Origin: an uncultured Acidobacteriota bacterium
GTDB lineage: Bacteria; Acidobacteriota; Terriglobia; Acidiferrales; UBA7541
Assembly: GCA_963753745.1 (NCBI GenBank)
Contig: CAVWDX010000011.1
Location: 81,071 to 145,070, forward strand
DNA length: 64,000 nucleotides
Reading direction: 5' to 3'
Part shown: positions 9,820 to 18,496 of the stretch, piece by piece
Layout of the letters: every line of letters starts with the position of its first letter
Numbering within the stretch: position 1 is the stretch's first letter
Program-made: the position numbers and the translations under genes
Notes under the pieces: model-generated
Databases searched by the model: none
Seen by the model: only the letters and a program-made list of their open reading frames with translations
Told to the model about the DNA's origin: nothing

Positions 9820-10096
9820 TTCGCTTGTGCCCGAGAAGGACTCCGCCCTAGAATAGGATCAAGCAGCCGAGGGCAGTCTTATAGATTCGCACTCATTCCG
9901 CTGCCGCATACATTCGCTTTAAGTTTCGTCGAATTTTATTCGAAAGGACTCATAGCCCCCGAGAGCTCCTCTTATGAACCTTGCTGAATTTATAGAGACT
10001 AATCGCGATAAACATTTGGCCGAGCTTTGCGAATTTCTGCGAATCCCCAGCGTGAGCGCCAAGAGCGAGCACAAGCCGGACATCGAACGCGCGGCT
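9820..10096 (+). repeat. diverged direct repeat copy 2
   Basis: Counterpart of 6473-6748; includes the functional start of the dipeptidase. Confidence 0.9.
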
Positions 10097-11338
10097 CGCT
10101 GGATGGCGGATCATCTTCGCGCCGCGGGTTTCCAGAAAATTGAAATTGTTCCGACGAATCTCCACCCCCTTGTTTATGCCGAATCTCTCGAAGCTCCCGG
10201 CAAGCCTACCGTCCTCTTTTACGGGCACTATGACGTGCAGCCCGCGGAACCACTCGACCTTTGGACTTCGCCCGCGTTCGAACCTACGGTTCGCAGCGGC
10301 AACTTATTCGGCCGCGGCACTGCCGACGACAAAGGCCAGGTGCACATCCATTTGAAAGCGCTCGAATCCATTCAGAAAGTGAATGGTAAGCTGCCCATCA
10401 ACGTCAAAGTCCTGATCGAAGGCGAAGAAGAGGTCGGCAGCGTCAGCCTCTGGGACTATGTGCAAAAAAACAAGGAAAAACTCAAAGCCGACGCGCTCAT
10501 CGTATCCGACACATCCATGCTCGCGAAGGGCGTGCCTTCCATCACCTACGGATTGCGTGGATTGAATTACTATCAGATTGAACTCACCGGCCCCGTACGC
10601 GATCTTCATTCCGGCGTATATGGAGGCGCGGTTCCCAATCCGTTGACGATTCTCGCCGAGCTCTTCGCCAAACTTCACGATAAGAATTTCCGCGTCACGG
10701 TTCCGGGTTTCTACGATAAAGTTGCAAAAGTCTCCGCGCCCGAACGCAAGGCGTTGAATGCGCTGCCCTGGAAGAAAAAGGCATTTGAAGAAGCCGTCGG
10801 CGCTCCGGGTTATGCCGGCGAAAAAGGCTTCTCGATTGTTGAGCAACTCTGGACGCGGCCAACCCTCGAGTTGAACGGGATATGGGGCGGCTATCAAGGC
10901 GAAGGCGCGAAAACCGTGATCCCGTCAAAGGCCTTCGCGAAATTTTCAACGCGCCTCGTTCCCAACCAGGAACCACTCGCTATCGCGAAACTTGTAGAAA
11001 AGCATATTCGCAAACTTTTGCCGAAAACTGTCAAGTGCAAGTTCGAAGTGCTCAGCACCGGCAAGCCGTGGGTTGCGCCATTCCACGCGCCAATTTTCAA
11101 AATTGCTCAGGGTGCTCTCGAGAAAGGCTTCGGGAAGAAAGCGGTTTTCATTCGCGAAGGCGGATCGATCCCTTTCGTGACGCAAATGTACGATACGTTC
11201 AAAGTCCCCTGCGTGCTCCTCGGTTTCGGCCTCCCCGACGAAAACGCGCACGCCCCCGACGAGCACATCGCCCTCGAAAATTATTTCGGCGGCATCAAAG
11301 CCATCGCCCACTTTTACATGGATCTCTCCGCGCTTTGA
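9974..11338 (+). CDS. M20A-family dipeptidase (ArgE/DapE/CNDP2-like)
   Basis: YGHYDVQP, GRGTADDKGQ, EGEEEVGS, DLHSG, GGSIP, HAPDE motifs. Confidence 0.9.
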   Translation: MNLAEFIETNRDKHLAELCEFLRIPSVSAKSEHKPDIERAARWMADHLRAAGFQKIEIVPTNLHPLVYAESLEAPGKPTVLFYGHYDVQPAEPLDLWTSPAFEPTVRSGNLFGRGTADDKGQVHIHLKALESIQKVNGKLPINVKVLIEGEEEVGSVSLWDYVQKNKEKLKADALIVSDTSMLAKGVPSITYGLRGLNYYQIELTGPVRDLHSGVYGGAVPNPLTILAELFAKLHDKNFRVTVPGFYDKVAKVSAPERKALNALPWKKKAFEEAVGAPGYAGEKGFSIVEQLWTRPTLELNGIWGGYQGEGAKTVIPSKAFAKFSTRLVPNQEPLAIAKLVEKHIRKLLPKTVKCKFEVLSTGKPWVAPFHAPIFKIAQGALEKGFGKKAVFIREGGSIPFVTQMYDTFKVPCVLLGFGLPDENAHAPDEHIALENYFGGIKAIAHFYMDLSAL

Positions 11339-11442
11339 CGTGGAGCGCCGCCGCTCGCTTGCGCGCAGCCTGCGTTTCCGCAGGTTTTTCACAGGCACGT
11401 CTCAAAAACCAGCATTTTTCCAGCCTTTTTTGCAGTTTTTCC

Positions 11443-11471
11443 TTGCGTTCCACTCTCAGCTTGGCTATAGT
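11443..11471 (+). promoter_or_regulatory. sigma70-type promoter of the HU gene
   Basis: TTGCGT (11443-11448) -17 nt- TATAGT (11466-11471). Confidence 0.55.
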
Positions 11472-11575
11472 GCGGTGCGGCCCGAGCTTTTTACGCTCAC
11501 CCAGGGGGATTTCGCTCGCGGCCTGCCCCGCATGTTTTGGGGTGGAAAGTAAATACAGGAGGATAAGCAGACTAG

Positions 11576-11869
11576 ATGGCAGCCAAGCCAATGAGCAAGA
11601 GCAAGATCGTGTCGCACATCGCTGAGAAGTGCGGCACACCCAAGAAAACCGCGGCGCTCTTTTTCGAAGAGCTTTTCAAGCTCGCGGTGAAGGAATGCAA
11701 GGGCGGTGCGGGCAAGTTCGTGATTCCGAACATCGGCCGCGCCGTGAAAGCGCACCGCAAGGCGCGCATGGGCCGTAACCCCCAGACGGGCGAAGCAATC
11801 AAGATCAAGGCCAAGACCGTAGTTCGCCTGCGCCCGGCGAAGGCGTTCAAGGACGCGGTACTGAAGTAG
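11576..11869 (+). CDS. hup: HU family DNA-binding protein
   Basis: ARMGRNPQTGEAIKIKAKTVVRLRPAKAFKDAV signature; SD AGGAGG. Confidence 0.92.
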   Translation: MAAKPMSKSKIVSHIAEKCGTPKKTAALFFEELFKLAVKECKGGAGKFVIPNIGRAVKAHRKARMGRNPQTGEAIKIKAKTVVRLRPAKAFKDAVLK

Positions 11870-12005
11870 ATTCCCTGGTGTGTAGGGAAGAGGCCCTGAC
11901 ACAGCGCAAAAGAATCGGCGTTCGCTCATATATATTCATGTATGAGGCTGCGCATCGCCGCTTCCGACCGCGCTAGGTGCCTGGGCGGGTGTCCCGGTTA
12001 AGTTT

Positions 12006-12049
12006 GCCGCCGGTGGCTTGAATGATCAGGCCATCGGCGGCTTTTGTTT
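12006..12049 (+). terminator. Rho-independent terminator between convergent hup and cytochrome c genes
   Basis: GCCGCCGGTGGC / GCCATCGGCGGC 12-bp stem (one G-U) followed by TTTTGTTT. Confidence 0.65.
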
Positions 12050-12137
12050 CCGCCGCTGAAAATTCCCCTCCGTACCCGACAAATTCCACCTGTAAAATTT
12101 ACGGCTGAACGGTTTACTGCCTCGCCGAAAGCAGTTG

Positions 12138-12512
12138 CTATAGCGTTTTCACGTAGGCGATGACGTCCTTAATCTGCCGGGCATCTAGAACATCTTTGAA
12201 CGGAGGCATCAACGAGTCGCCGTTCTCGATCCAGGTCTTCAGATTCTCAGTCGTAACTTTGTTGTTGTTCACGGTAAACGTGCCGCGCTTCGAGATTCCT
12301 TTTAGTCCGGGGCCGATTTTTCTTGCACTGCTATCCGCAAAGTGGCAGATGGAGCATTTCTGCTCGAACAGTTCCTTGCCTTTGGCGGCCGACCCGGAAG
12401 ACTTGCTCGCCGTGGTCTTTTTGGGCGTGGTTTTTGCCGGCGGATCTTGCGCTACTACCGCTACAGTCATGCTCAATAATGCGATCCCAAGTAACAGATA
12501 ATTTCGCTTCAC
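12138..12512 (-). CDS. monoheme class I c-type cytochrome, exported
   Basis: Signal peptide; CSICH heme motif; GPGL; distal Met in LMPPF. Confidence 0.9.
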   Translation of the reverse strand: MKRNYLLLGIALLSMTVAVVAQDPPAKTTPKKTTASKSSGSAAKGKELFEQKCSICHFADSSARKIGPGLKGISKRGTFTVNNNKVTTENLKTWIENGDSLMPPFKDVLDARQIKDVIAYVKTL

Positions 12513-12651
12513 GTCTCCCCCTCATTTTTGCTTTCAAAATGCGGCATGCAAAATGCGCTTCTATCTTCTCTTTTTATGGCTGTAATTTCCACTCCGGGCA
12601 CCCGGCACAAAGTACAGGTTCCCCTTGCGCACCGCTGGAACTCAGGTACTT

Positions 12652-12681
12652 TTGACGCCTCCGGAACCGTATGTTAACAAT
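12652..12681 (+). promoter_or_regulatory. putative promoter of the TPR gene (possibly leaderless)
   Basis: TTGACG (12652-12657) -17 nt- TAACAA(T) with TG extension; ATG at 12689; no SD. Confidence 0.4.
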
Positions 12682-12688
12682 TTATAGC

Positions 12689-13171
12689 ATGAGCCAGGAA
12701 ACCCTGACGAGAGCCTGGGAAATCCTTCAAGACGCTTATCAGGCCCAAATGGAGGGCGAATACGACCGTGCTGTCGAGCTCTACCAATCCTCGCTTGAGC
12801 TGCACCCGACGGCAGAAGCCTATACCTTTCTTGGCTGGACGTACCATTTTCAGGGCCGGATCGAAGATGCGATTGCAGAGTGCAAGCGGGCGATCGAAGT
12901 GGATCCGGAATTCGGCAATCCCTATAACGACATCGGCGCATATCTGATCGAATTGGGACGTTTCGATGAAGCGATTCCGTGGCTGGATCGCGCCATCGAA
13001 GCGCGCCGCTACGAGCCGCGCCATTTTCCGCATTACAATCTCGGCCGGGCGTATCTCGGCAAGGAGATGTACGGCCGCGCGATAAAGTGCTTTCAAGAAG
13101 CGCTCGAAGTCGAGCCGCGGTATTCGCTAGCGAGGCAGGCGCTCGCTTCGCTTCGGCGAATGGTAAATTGA
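12689..13171 (+). CDS. tetratricopeptide repeat protein
   Basis: AEAYTFLGWTY, GNPYNDIGAYL, PHYNLGRAY TPR repeats; start 12689 preferred over 12671. Confidence 0.85.
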   Translation: MSQETLTRAWEILQDAYQAQMEGEYDRAVELYQSSLELHPTAEAYTFLGWTYHFQGRIEDAIAECKRAIEVDPEFGNPYNDIGAYLIELGRFDEAIPWLDRAIEARRYEPRHFPHYNLGRAYLGKEMYGRAIKCFQEALEVEPRYSLARQALASLRRMVN

Positions 13172-13177
13172 GAAGAG

Positions 13178-13209
13178 AGTGAGTAGTGGGCAGTGAATAG
13201 TGAGTAGTG
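13178..13209 (+). repeat. degenerate heptamer tandem repeat (AGTGRNN)n
   Basis: AGTGAGT AGTGGGC AGTGAAT AGTGAGT AGTG; similar arrays near 14776 and at 19190-19219. Confidence 0.6.
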
Positions 13210-13347
13210 CGCGGAGCAAAGCTAACCGCCGTAGCTTGCAAGCTCACAGCTGCCAGCCGACAGTAAGAAAAATCCCGCGAGACAATTTGCATTCTACGTA
13301 CAGTCCCGAAAAGTCGCGATCTGCGACGTGGAGAATTGAGCTGCGAA

Positions 13348-13373
13348 GTGGGCACGATGCATCGTGCCCCTAC
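13348..13373. repeat. REP-like palindrome (GGGCACG...CGTGCCCCTAC type)
   Basis: Perfect 20-nt palindrome GGGCACGATGCATCGTGCCC (13350-13369) plus CTAC; a degenerate relative lies at 44164-44190. Confidence 0.7.
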
Positions 13374-13417
13374 ACACGGCACCCACGCGAGGTTTTTCGC
13401 TTTAAGAGGATAACCTC

Positions 13418-14692
13418 TCATTTTGTAGGCTCCTGCGCGGCGGGCTTGATGGCGCGGTTGTAAACCCACAACAAGAAGGCAGTGGCGAAGCCCACGCTGC
13501 TGATGGCCCACCAAGCGCGCTCGGGATGGTGCGCGACTTCGCCGAAATGATGCATCATCGTCCCGCCGAACCAGCCTCCTACCAGCGATCCGATTCCAAG
13601 CGGCAGAAATGCAAAGCCCATGTAGGTACCTTGCTGGCCGGCAGGGGCGAGGCGCGAAATGTAGGCGTAGTAAGGCGGCTGCTGAATGATTTCGCCGATG
13701 GCGAGTACGGCGATCGAGACGACTGCGCCAGTGACCGTGGGCCAGAACGACAGCACCAGCCAGGACATGGAAGTAATGACGGTGCCTAGAATGATGGCGT
13801 GGAACGGAGGAATCTTGCGAGCCAAATAGTTGACAACAAAGGTCAAGCAAACAACGATGGCGGCATCGGTGATGAGGATGAGCTGGACACGGGCGTGCGC
13901 GTCCACGTAGGTGTGCAGGAAGCCGGGCAGGCTGGTGTACTGCTGCCAGTAGACGATCCAATAGCCGGTAAAGATGAGAAGAAAAATCAAGAAACGCGGC
14001 GGCCAGAGAATCGCCAGGAAGTTGCGCACGACTTGAAGCAAGCTCGGGGCCGGGACATCACCCGGTTTGCGCGGATCGCGGAAGAAAAAGAAGACGAGAA
14101 AAAACATCGCGAACACGCTGAGAGCGGAGACTTGAAAAACCCTCTCCAGGCCAAGGTGTCTTTGCGCCCAATCCGCAACGAAAGGGCCGGCGGTGCCGCC
14201 GATATTCACCATGGTGTAGTAAATGGAGTACCCGAGGGTGCGGACATTTTCCTTGGAAGCGCGGGCGGTGGTGCCGACGACGCTCGGTTTTACAAGGGCG
14301 ATGCCGAGCGCGGGAAGTAGCAGGATGACGCCGACAAACAGCGTGAGGGGGATGGCGTTGCGAATGGGCGCGAGCCAGGACGCGCCGATCGAGCCGATCA
14401 AGAAGTAAGCGGCGGCCAGAATCAAATAGGCCATGGAGAGTGCGCGGCGAAAGCCGAGCTTGTCCGCGACGGCGCCGCCAAAAATCGCCAGGAACCAGAC
14501 CATGCCGCCGAAGAAACCGGTGAGCGAGTCTGTAAGCTGAGTGGAAAAAGCCAGCCTTTCGTGGAGGTAGAGAGCGAGCGAGGAGAACGCGCCGTAATAG
14601 GAGAGGCGCTCGAAGATTTCGCTGGTGTTGGCGACCCAGAAGGGTCGTTCGAAGCCGTCGCGAATTTCCTGGAGCCGTTGGCCAACGCTCAT
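13418..14692 (-). CDS. MFS transporter (POT/peptide-transporter-like)
   Basis: EIFERLSYYG, GAVADKLGFRR, YYTMVNIGG, LAIGEII motifs; about 12 TM helices. Confidence 0.85.
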   Translation of the reverse strand: MSVGQRLQEIRDGFERPFWVANTSEIFERLSYYGAFSSLALYLHERLAFSTQLTDSLTGFFGGMVWFLAIFGGAVADKLGFRRALSMAYLILAAAYFLIGSIGASWLAPIRNAIPLTLFVGVILLLPALGIALVKPSVVGTTARASKENVRTLGYSIYYTMVNIGGTAGPFVADWAQRHLGLERVFQVSALSVFAMFFLVFFFFRDPRKPGDVPAPSLLQVVRNFLAILWPPRFLIFLLIFTGYWIVYWQQYTSLPGFLHTYVDAHARVQLILITDAAIVVCLTFVVNYLARKIPPFHAIILGTVITSMSWLVLSFWPTVTGAVVSIAVLAIGEIIQQPPYYAYISRLAPAGQQGTYMGFAFLPLGIGSLVGGWFGGTMMHHFGEVAHHPERAWWAISSVGFATAFLLWVYNRAIKPAAQEPTK

Positions 14693-14956
14693 CGATCCCC
14701 CGGAGTGAAGTGAGCCCGCAACATGAAGCTCGGGCTCCCTGCGTGGAGTGCCGGGATTGTAGCCGAGGAAATGGCTAGTGGCGAGTGGTGAGTTCAGGCC
14801 GGAAAATCTATCCGACTTGTCGGACGGATGGGAAACGTGGGTACAGCTCCGGTGTTTTGCGAGAGAGTGATCTGTAGCGAGAGAAACCTCCAGGTGCCGA
14901 ATATGCCTGGGTGTTTTGTACGGGGCGGCGAAAGACCATGCTGGCGCGCGAACGCG

Positions 14957-15910
14957 TCAGCGGCAGAGGGAATTGAAGTCGATGGGTGGGGCGGGATGGG
15001 GAGGGACGGGAAGATTGCGAGCGCGGAGGGCGTCCTCGAGAATTTCCGGAGCGGAGGGGAGACGGAGATTGGTGTCGACGCGGTAGAAGGGGTCGCGCTC
15101 GGCTTGGGGGAGGGTGATGAACTGAAAGCCGCGGGAGTGATAGAGGTCGAGGAGTTTGGGGAGCATTTCGGCGTCGAGGGCGCCGATGTGCATGAGCAGG
15201 ACGTAGGAGATGTCGCGATGGTAGAGGGTGTGGGAGAGCTGGCGGTAATAAGTAATGTTAGCGTCGGCGGCTTCTAGGTAGCTGCTTTTGAGTTGGGCGA
15301 CGGCGGCGGTGTCACCCTTTGCCATACAACGGGCGTAAGGCTCATTCCACAGATAATCGCTGAAGCTCATGGTGACGGCGGCGATTTTGTATCCGTGCTG
15401 GGCGAGGAAGGCGCGGAGAGCGTCGTGTTTGGCGGGGGTGTCGCCTTCGGCGAGGTAGGGGAAGCGAAGCCAGTGCCAGTCTTGGTGATCCATTAGCTTG
15501 GTGAGGAGGGGTTCGTTGCGGGTGATGTTGGACTCGAAGTCTTCGAGGGAATTTTGGTTGAGATTCATGTGGGACCAGGTGTGATTGCCAAGAGGATTGC
15601 CGGCATCGCGCCAAGCTTGGAGGACGGCGGGGCCGCCGGGCTCTTTCTCGAGGATGGCGGCGTTGACGAAACCGTAGATGGGAGGCAGATGGGCGTCGCG
15701 AAGGGCGGAGAGAATTTTGTTTGCGACCTGGAGGCGAGTTTCACCGGGCGGAAGAGGGCCGTGGGCGGGGAGATCGTCGAAGGTGAAGACGATTTGCGGG
15801 GGATGGGATTTGGCGATTCCGGCTACAGCAAAGAGGAGAGAGAAAAAAGCCAGGAGTGAGGTGGCGATGGTTGCTGCCAGAGCGAAGCGTGTTGGTCGAA
15901 ACGAAGGCAT
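14957..15910 (-). CDS. polysaccharide deacetylase family (NodB/CE4) protein, exported
   Basis: FTFDDLP, LGNHTWSH, WLRFPYL, LLMH motifs. Confidence 0.85.
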   Translation of the reverse strand: MPSFRPTRFALAATIATSLLAFFSLLFAVAGIAKSHPPQIVFTFDDLPAHGPLPPGETRLQVANKILSALRDAHLPPIYGFVNAAILEKEPGGPAVLQAWRDAGNPLGNHTWSHMNLNQNSLEDFESNITRNEPLLTKLMDHQDWHWLRFPYLAEGDTPAKHDALRAFLAQHGYKIAAVTMSFSDYLWNEPYARCMAKGDTAAVAQLKSSYLEAADANITYYRQLSHTLYHRDISYVLLMHIGALDAEMLPKLLDLYHSRGFQFITLPQAERDPFYRVDTNLRLPSAPEILEDALRARNLPVPPHPAPPIDFNSLCR

Positions 15911-16092
15911 GTCAGCTCACTGGCCGGAAGAGTCTGCTGCGAAAAGAAAAACAAAACAGTAGCAGCGGTTGGAGCGGATTGTCTATCGAAGAGATGCGTT
16001 GAGGATTAAGAGGTTTGTTCGGAGAAGAACCTGGACGGAAAGATGGATGGTCGATGCGCGGGAGAGTAGAATGCGCGCGGTGTCGAGTAAGA

Positions 16093-16140
16093 GACAGACT
16101 GAAGTCTGTCCCACTGCCGGGCTAAAGCCCGGCGCCTACA
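16093..16140. repeat. two adjacent REP-like hairpins
   Basis: GACAGAC-TGAA-GTCTGTC-CCAC (16093-16114) and GCCGGGC-TAAA-GCCCGGC-GCCTAC (about 16116-16139). Confidence 0.7.
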
Positions 16141-16176
16141 CACGCGGGATTACGCTTGCGGGATGCGGAGGGAATC

Positions 16177-18311
16177 GTGAGGAAGACATATTTGGGCGTG
16201 GCGGCGATCGCGATGATGGCGGGAGGAGTGTGCGCGGGGACGGCGCAGAACGTCTGGGCGCAGAAGCCGCCGCTTTTGGCGGAGAAGGATGTGGCGGCTT
16301 TGGCGAACGAGCTGAGCGGAGAGACGGCGAAGAGGAATTTGGAGATGATCGCGACGTTTCATAGGCAGCGCGGGTCGAAGGGATTTCATGCGGCGGCCGA
16401 GCTCGTGGCGGAGCGGGCGCGGGAGTATGGGCTGAGCGATGTGCAGATATTGGAGTTTCCGGCGGATGGGAAGATTTTTTATGGGACGCAGAGGTCGCGG
16501 CCGGCTTGGGATGCGGAGGTGGGGGAGCTTTGGGAACTCGACTCGGTTGGGACGGGTTGCTATGAGGCCGCGCATAAGAAACCGCAATCAGACGAGGAAG
16601 CACGCAAGGTGTTGGCTGTCTTGCTGAAAGAGGAATGCGATCCAAAGCTCCATCAGCGGCTTCTCGCAAGTTATGCGGCGGAGCCGGTGGTGCTGTCGGA
16701 GGATAGCGAGTCGGCGGATGTCACGGCGGAATTGGTGGATGTAGGTGACGGGACGAAGGAGAGCGATTACGCGGGGAAAGACGTTAAGGGAAAGATTGTG
16801 CTGGTGAGCGCGTCGCCGGGGGCGGCGCAGGAATTGGCGGTGGGGAAGTTTGGGGCGGTGGGGATTGTGAGTTATCAACAGAACCAGAAGAACGCTTGGT
16901 GGGGTGAGGACGAGAATTTGATTCGGTGGGGACATTTGGAGACGTTTTCATCTAACAAGACTTTTGCGTTTATGGTGTCGCTGAAGACGGCGTGGGGGAT
17001 GCGCGAACGTTTGGCTCGCGGGGAGAAGATTACGCTGCATGCGGTGGTGAAGGCGGGGCAGCATGCGGGGAATTATGAGGTGGTGACGGCGACGATTCCG
17101 GGGGCGGATGCGAAGTTGAAGGACGAGGAGATTGCGTTTTCGTGCCACCTGGATCATCAGCGGCCGGGAGCGAATGACAATGCCAGCGGATGCGTGACGA
17201 TTTTGGAGGTGGCGCGGACTTTGCAGAAGTTGATTGCGGAGGGGAAATTGGCGCGGCCGGCGCGGACGATACGGTTTATTTGGCCGCCGGAGATTGAGGG
17301 GACGATCGCGCTGCTCAACGCGAAGCGGGAGTTTGCGCGGCGGATCAAAGGGCGATTCACATGGACATGGTAGGCGGAGGGCCGGCGACGAAGGCAGTGT
17401 TCCACGTGACACGCGGGCCGATGAGCTTGCCGTCGTTTGTGCATGACGTGGCGTGGGCGTTTGCGGAGTTGGTGAACGAGGAGTCGTACCAATTCGCGGC
17501 GACGGGGAAGGCGGAGTATCCGATGGTGGCGCCGGAGGGCGGGAAGGAGCCGCTGCGGGCGGAGTATTCGGCGTACACGATGGGGAGCGACCACGACGTG
17601 TATCAGGATTCGTCGTTCGGGATACCGGCGATTTATTTGAATGACTGGCCGGACCGGTACATTCATACGAATTTCGATACGGCGGCGAATATTGATACGA
17701 CAAAATTGAAGAGGGCGGCGTTTATTGGGGCGGCTAGCGGGTATTTTTTGGCGGGGATTAATGAGAAGTCTTTGCCGGAACTCCACACCGTAGTCCAGCA
17801 GGGAAATGACATGGAGACGGCATCAGACGAACCGAGGATAAGCAGTCTGCCGCCGGAGGATGCCGCGTGTATTGCAGATATTCGAGCGCAAGCGAATTGG
17901 AGGACGGAGCTGGGAATCGCGTCGTTTCTGCATTCAGATTTGGCGAACGGGCGCACGGAGGCGCATCCCAAGGTGTGCGCGGAAGAAATGGCACGGTCCA
18001 AGGAAGGTGACAGTCGTTTTCGACGGGAAGGGCAGCCGAAGGGGCCAATGGCCGTGTTTGGGTATGACTATTCCGAGGCGGAGTGGAAGAAGTTGGGGCA
18101 GGTCCGCCAGCCGAGGCTGCTGGAATATCAGGGATTGTGGGGAGGTGGAGAAGAGTATGCGTATGAGGCTTTGAATTTTACGGACGGAGTGCTTAACGCT
18201 CAGCAGATACGCGACCGAGTTTCGGTGGAGTATGGGCCGGTGCCATTGGAGATGGTAGTGGAGTATTTGAAGGCACTGGAAAAGATTGGAGTGGTGAGTG
18301 AGGTGAAATGA
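16177..18311 (+). pseudogene. M28-family aminopeptidase with PA domain, frameshifted near 17350
   Basis: ORF 16156-17373 (PA domain, CHLDH, GANDNASG, WPPEIEG) continues into 17361-18311 (MDMVGG, SDHDVY, DRYIHT) if one base is restored in ATCAAAGGGCGATTCAC (expected IKAAIHMDMVG); may be a sequencing error. Confidence 0.75.
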
Positions 18312-18318
18312 GGGGTTT

Positions 18319-18489
18319 GTGGCGCAGGCTTCAGCCTGTGCAGACGTAGGGAGTTGGCAAGCGTGATCCGCGAGTGCCAGCTGTTTGCACTGGAGAGGCA
18401 CCCAACGCAAGGGACGAAACGAAGTCAACATCGACAAACGGATCAGCCAGAGCTGGGTTGAAGCTAGCACAGACTGAAGTCTGTGCCAC
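18319..18489. repeat. inverted pair of REP elements (REPIN/BIME-like)
   Basis: GTGGCGCAGGCTTCAGCCTGTGC (18319-18341) and GCACAGACTGAAGTCTGTGCCAC (18467-18489) in opposite orientation. Confidence 0.75.
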
Positions 18490-18496
18490 TTCGGAG

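Noticed and set aside
11945-12000. Hairpin containing GCCTGGGC, reminiscent of the ZTP (pfl) riboswitch 3' element
   Set aside because: The conserved 5' part is absent, and it lies downstream of hup between convergent genes.
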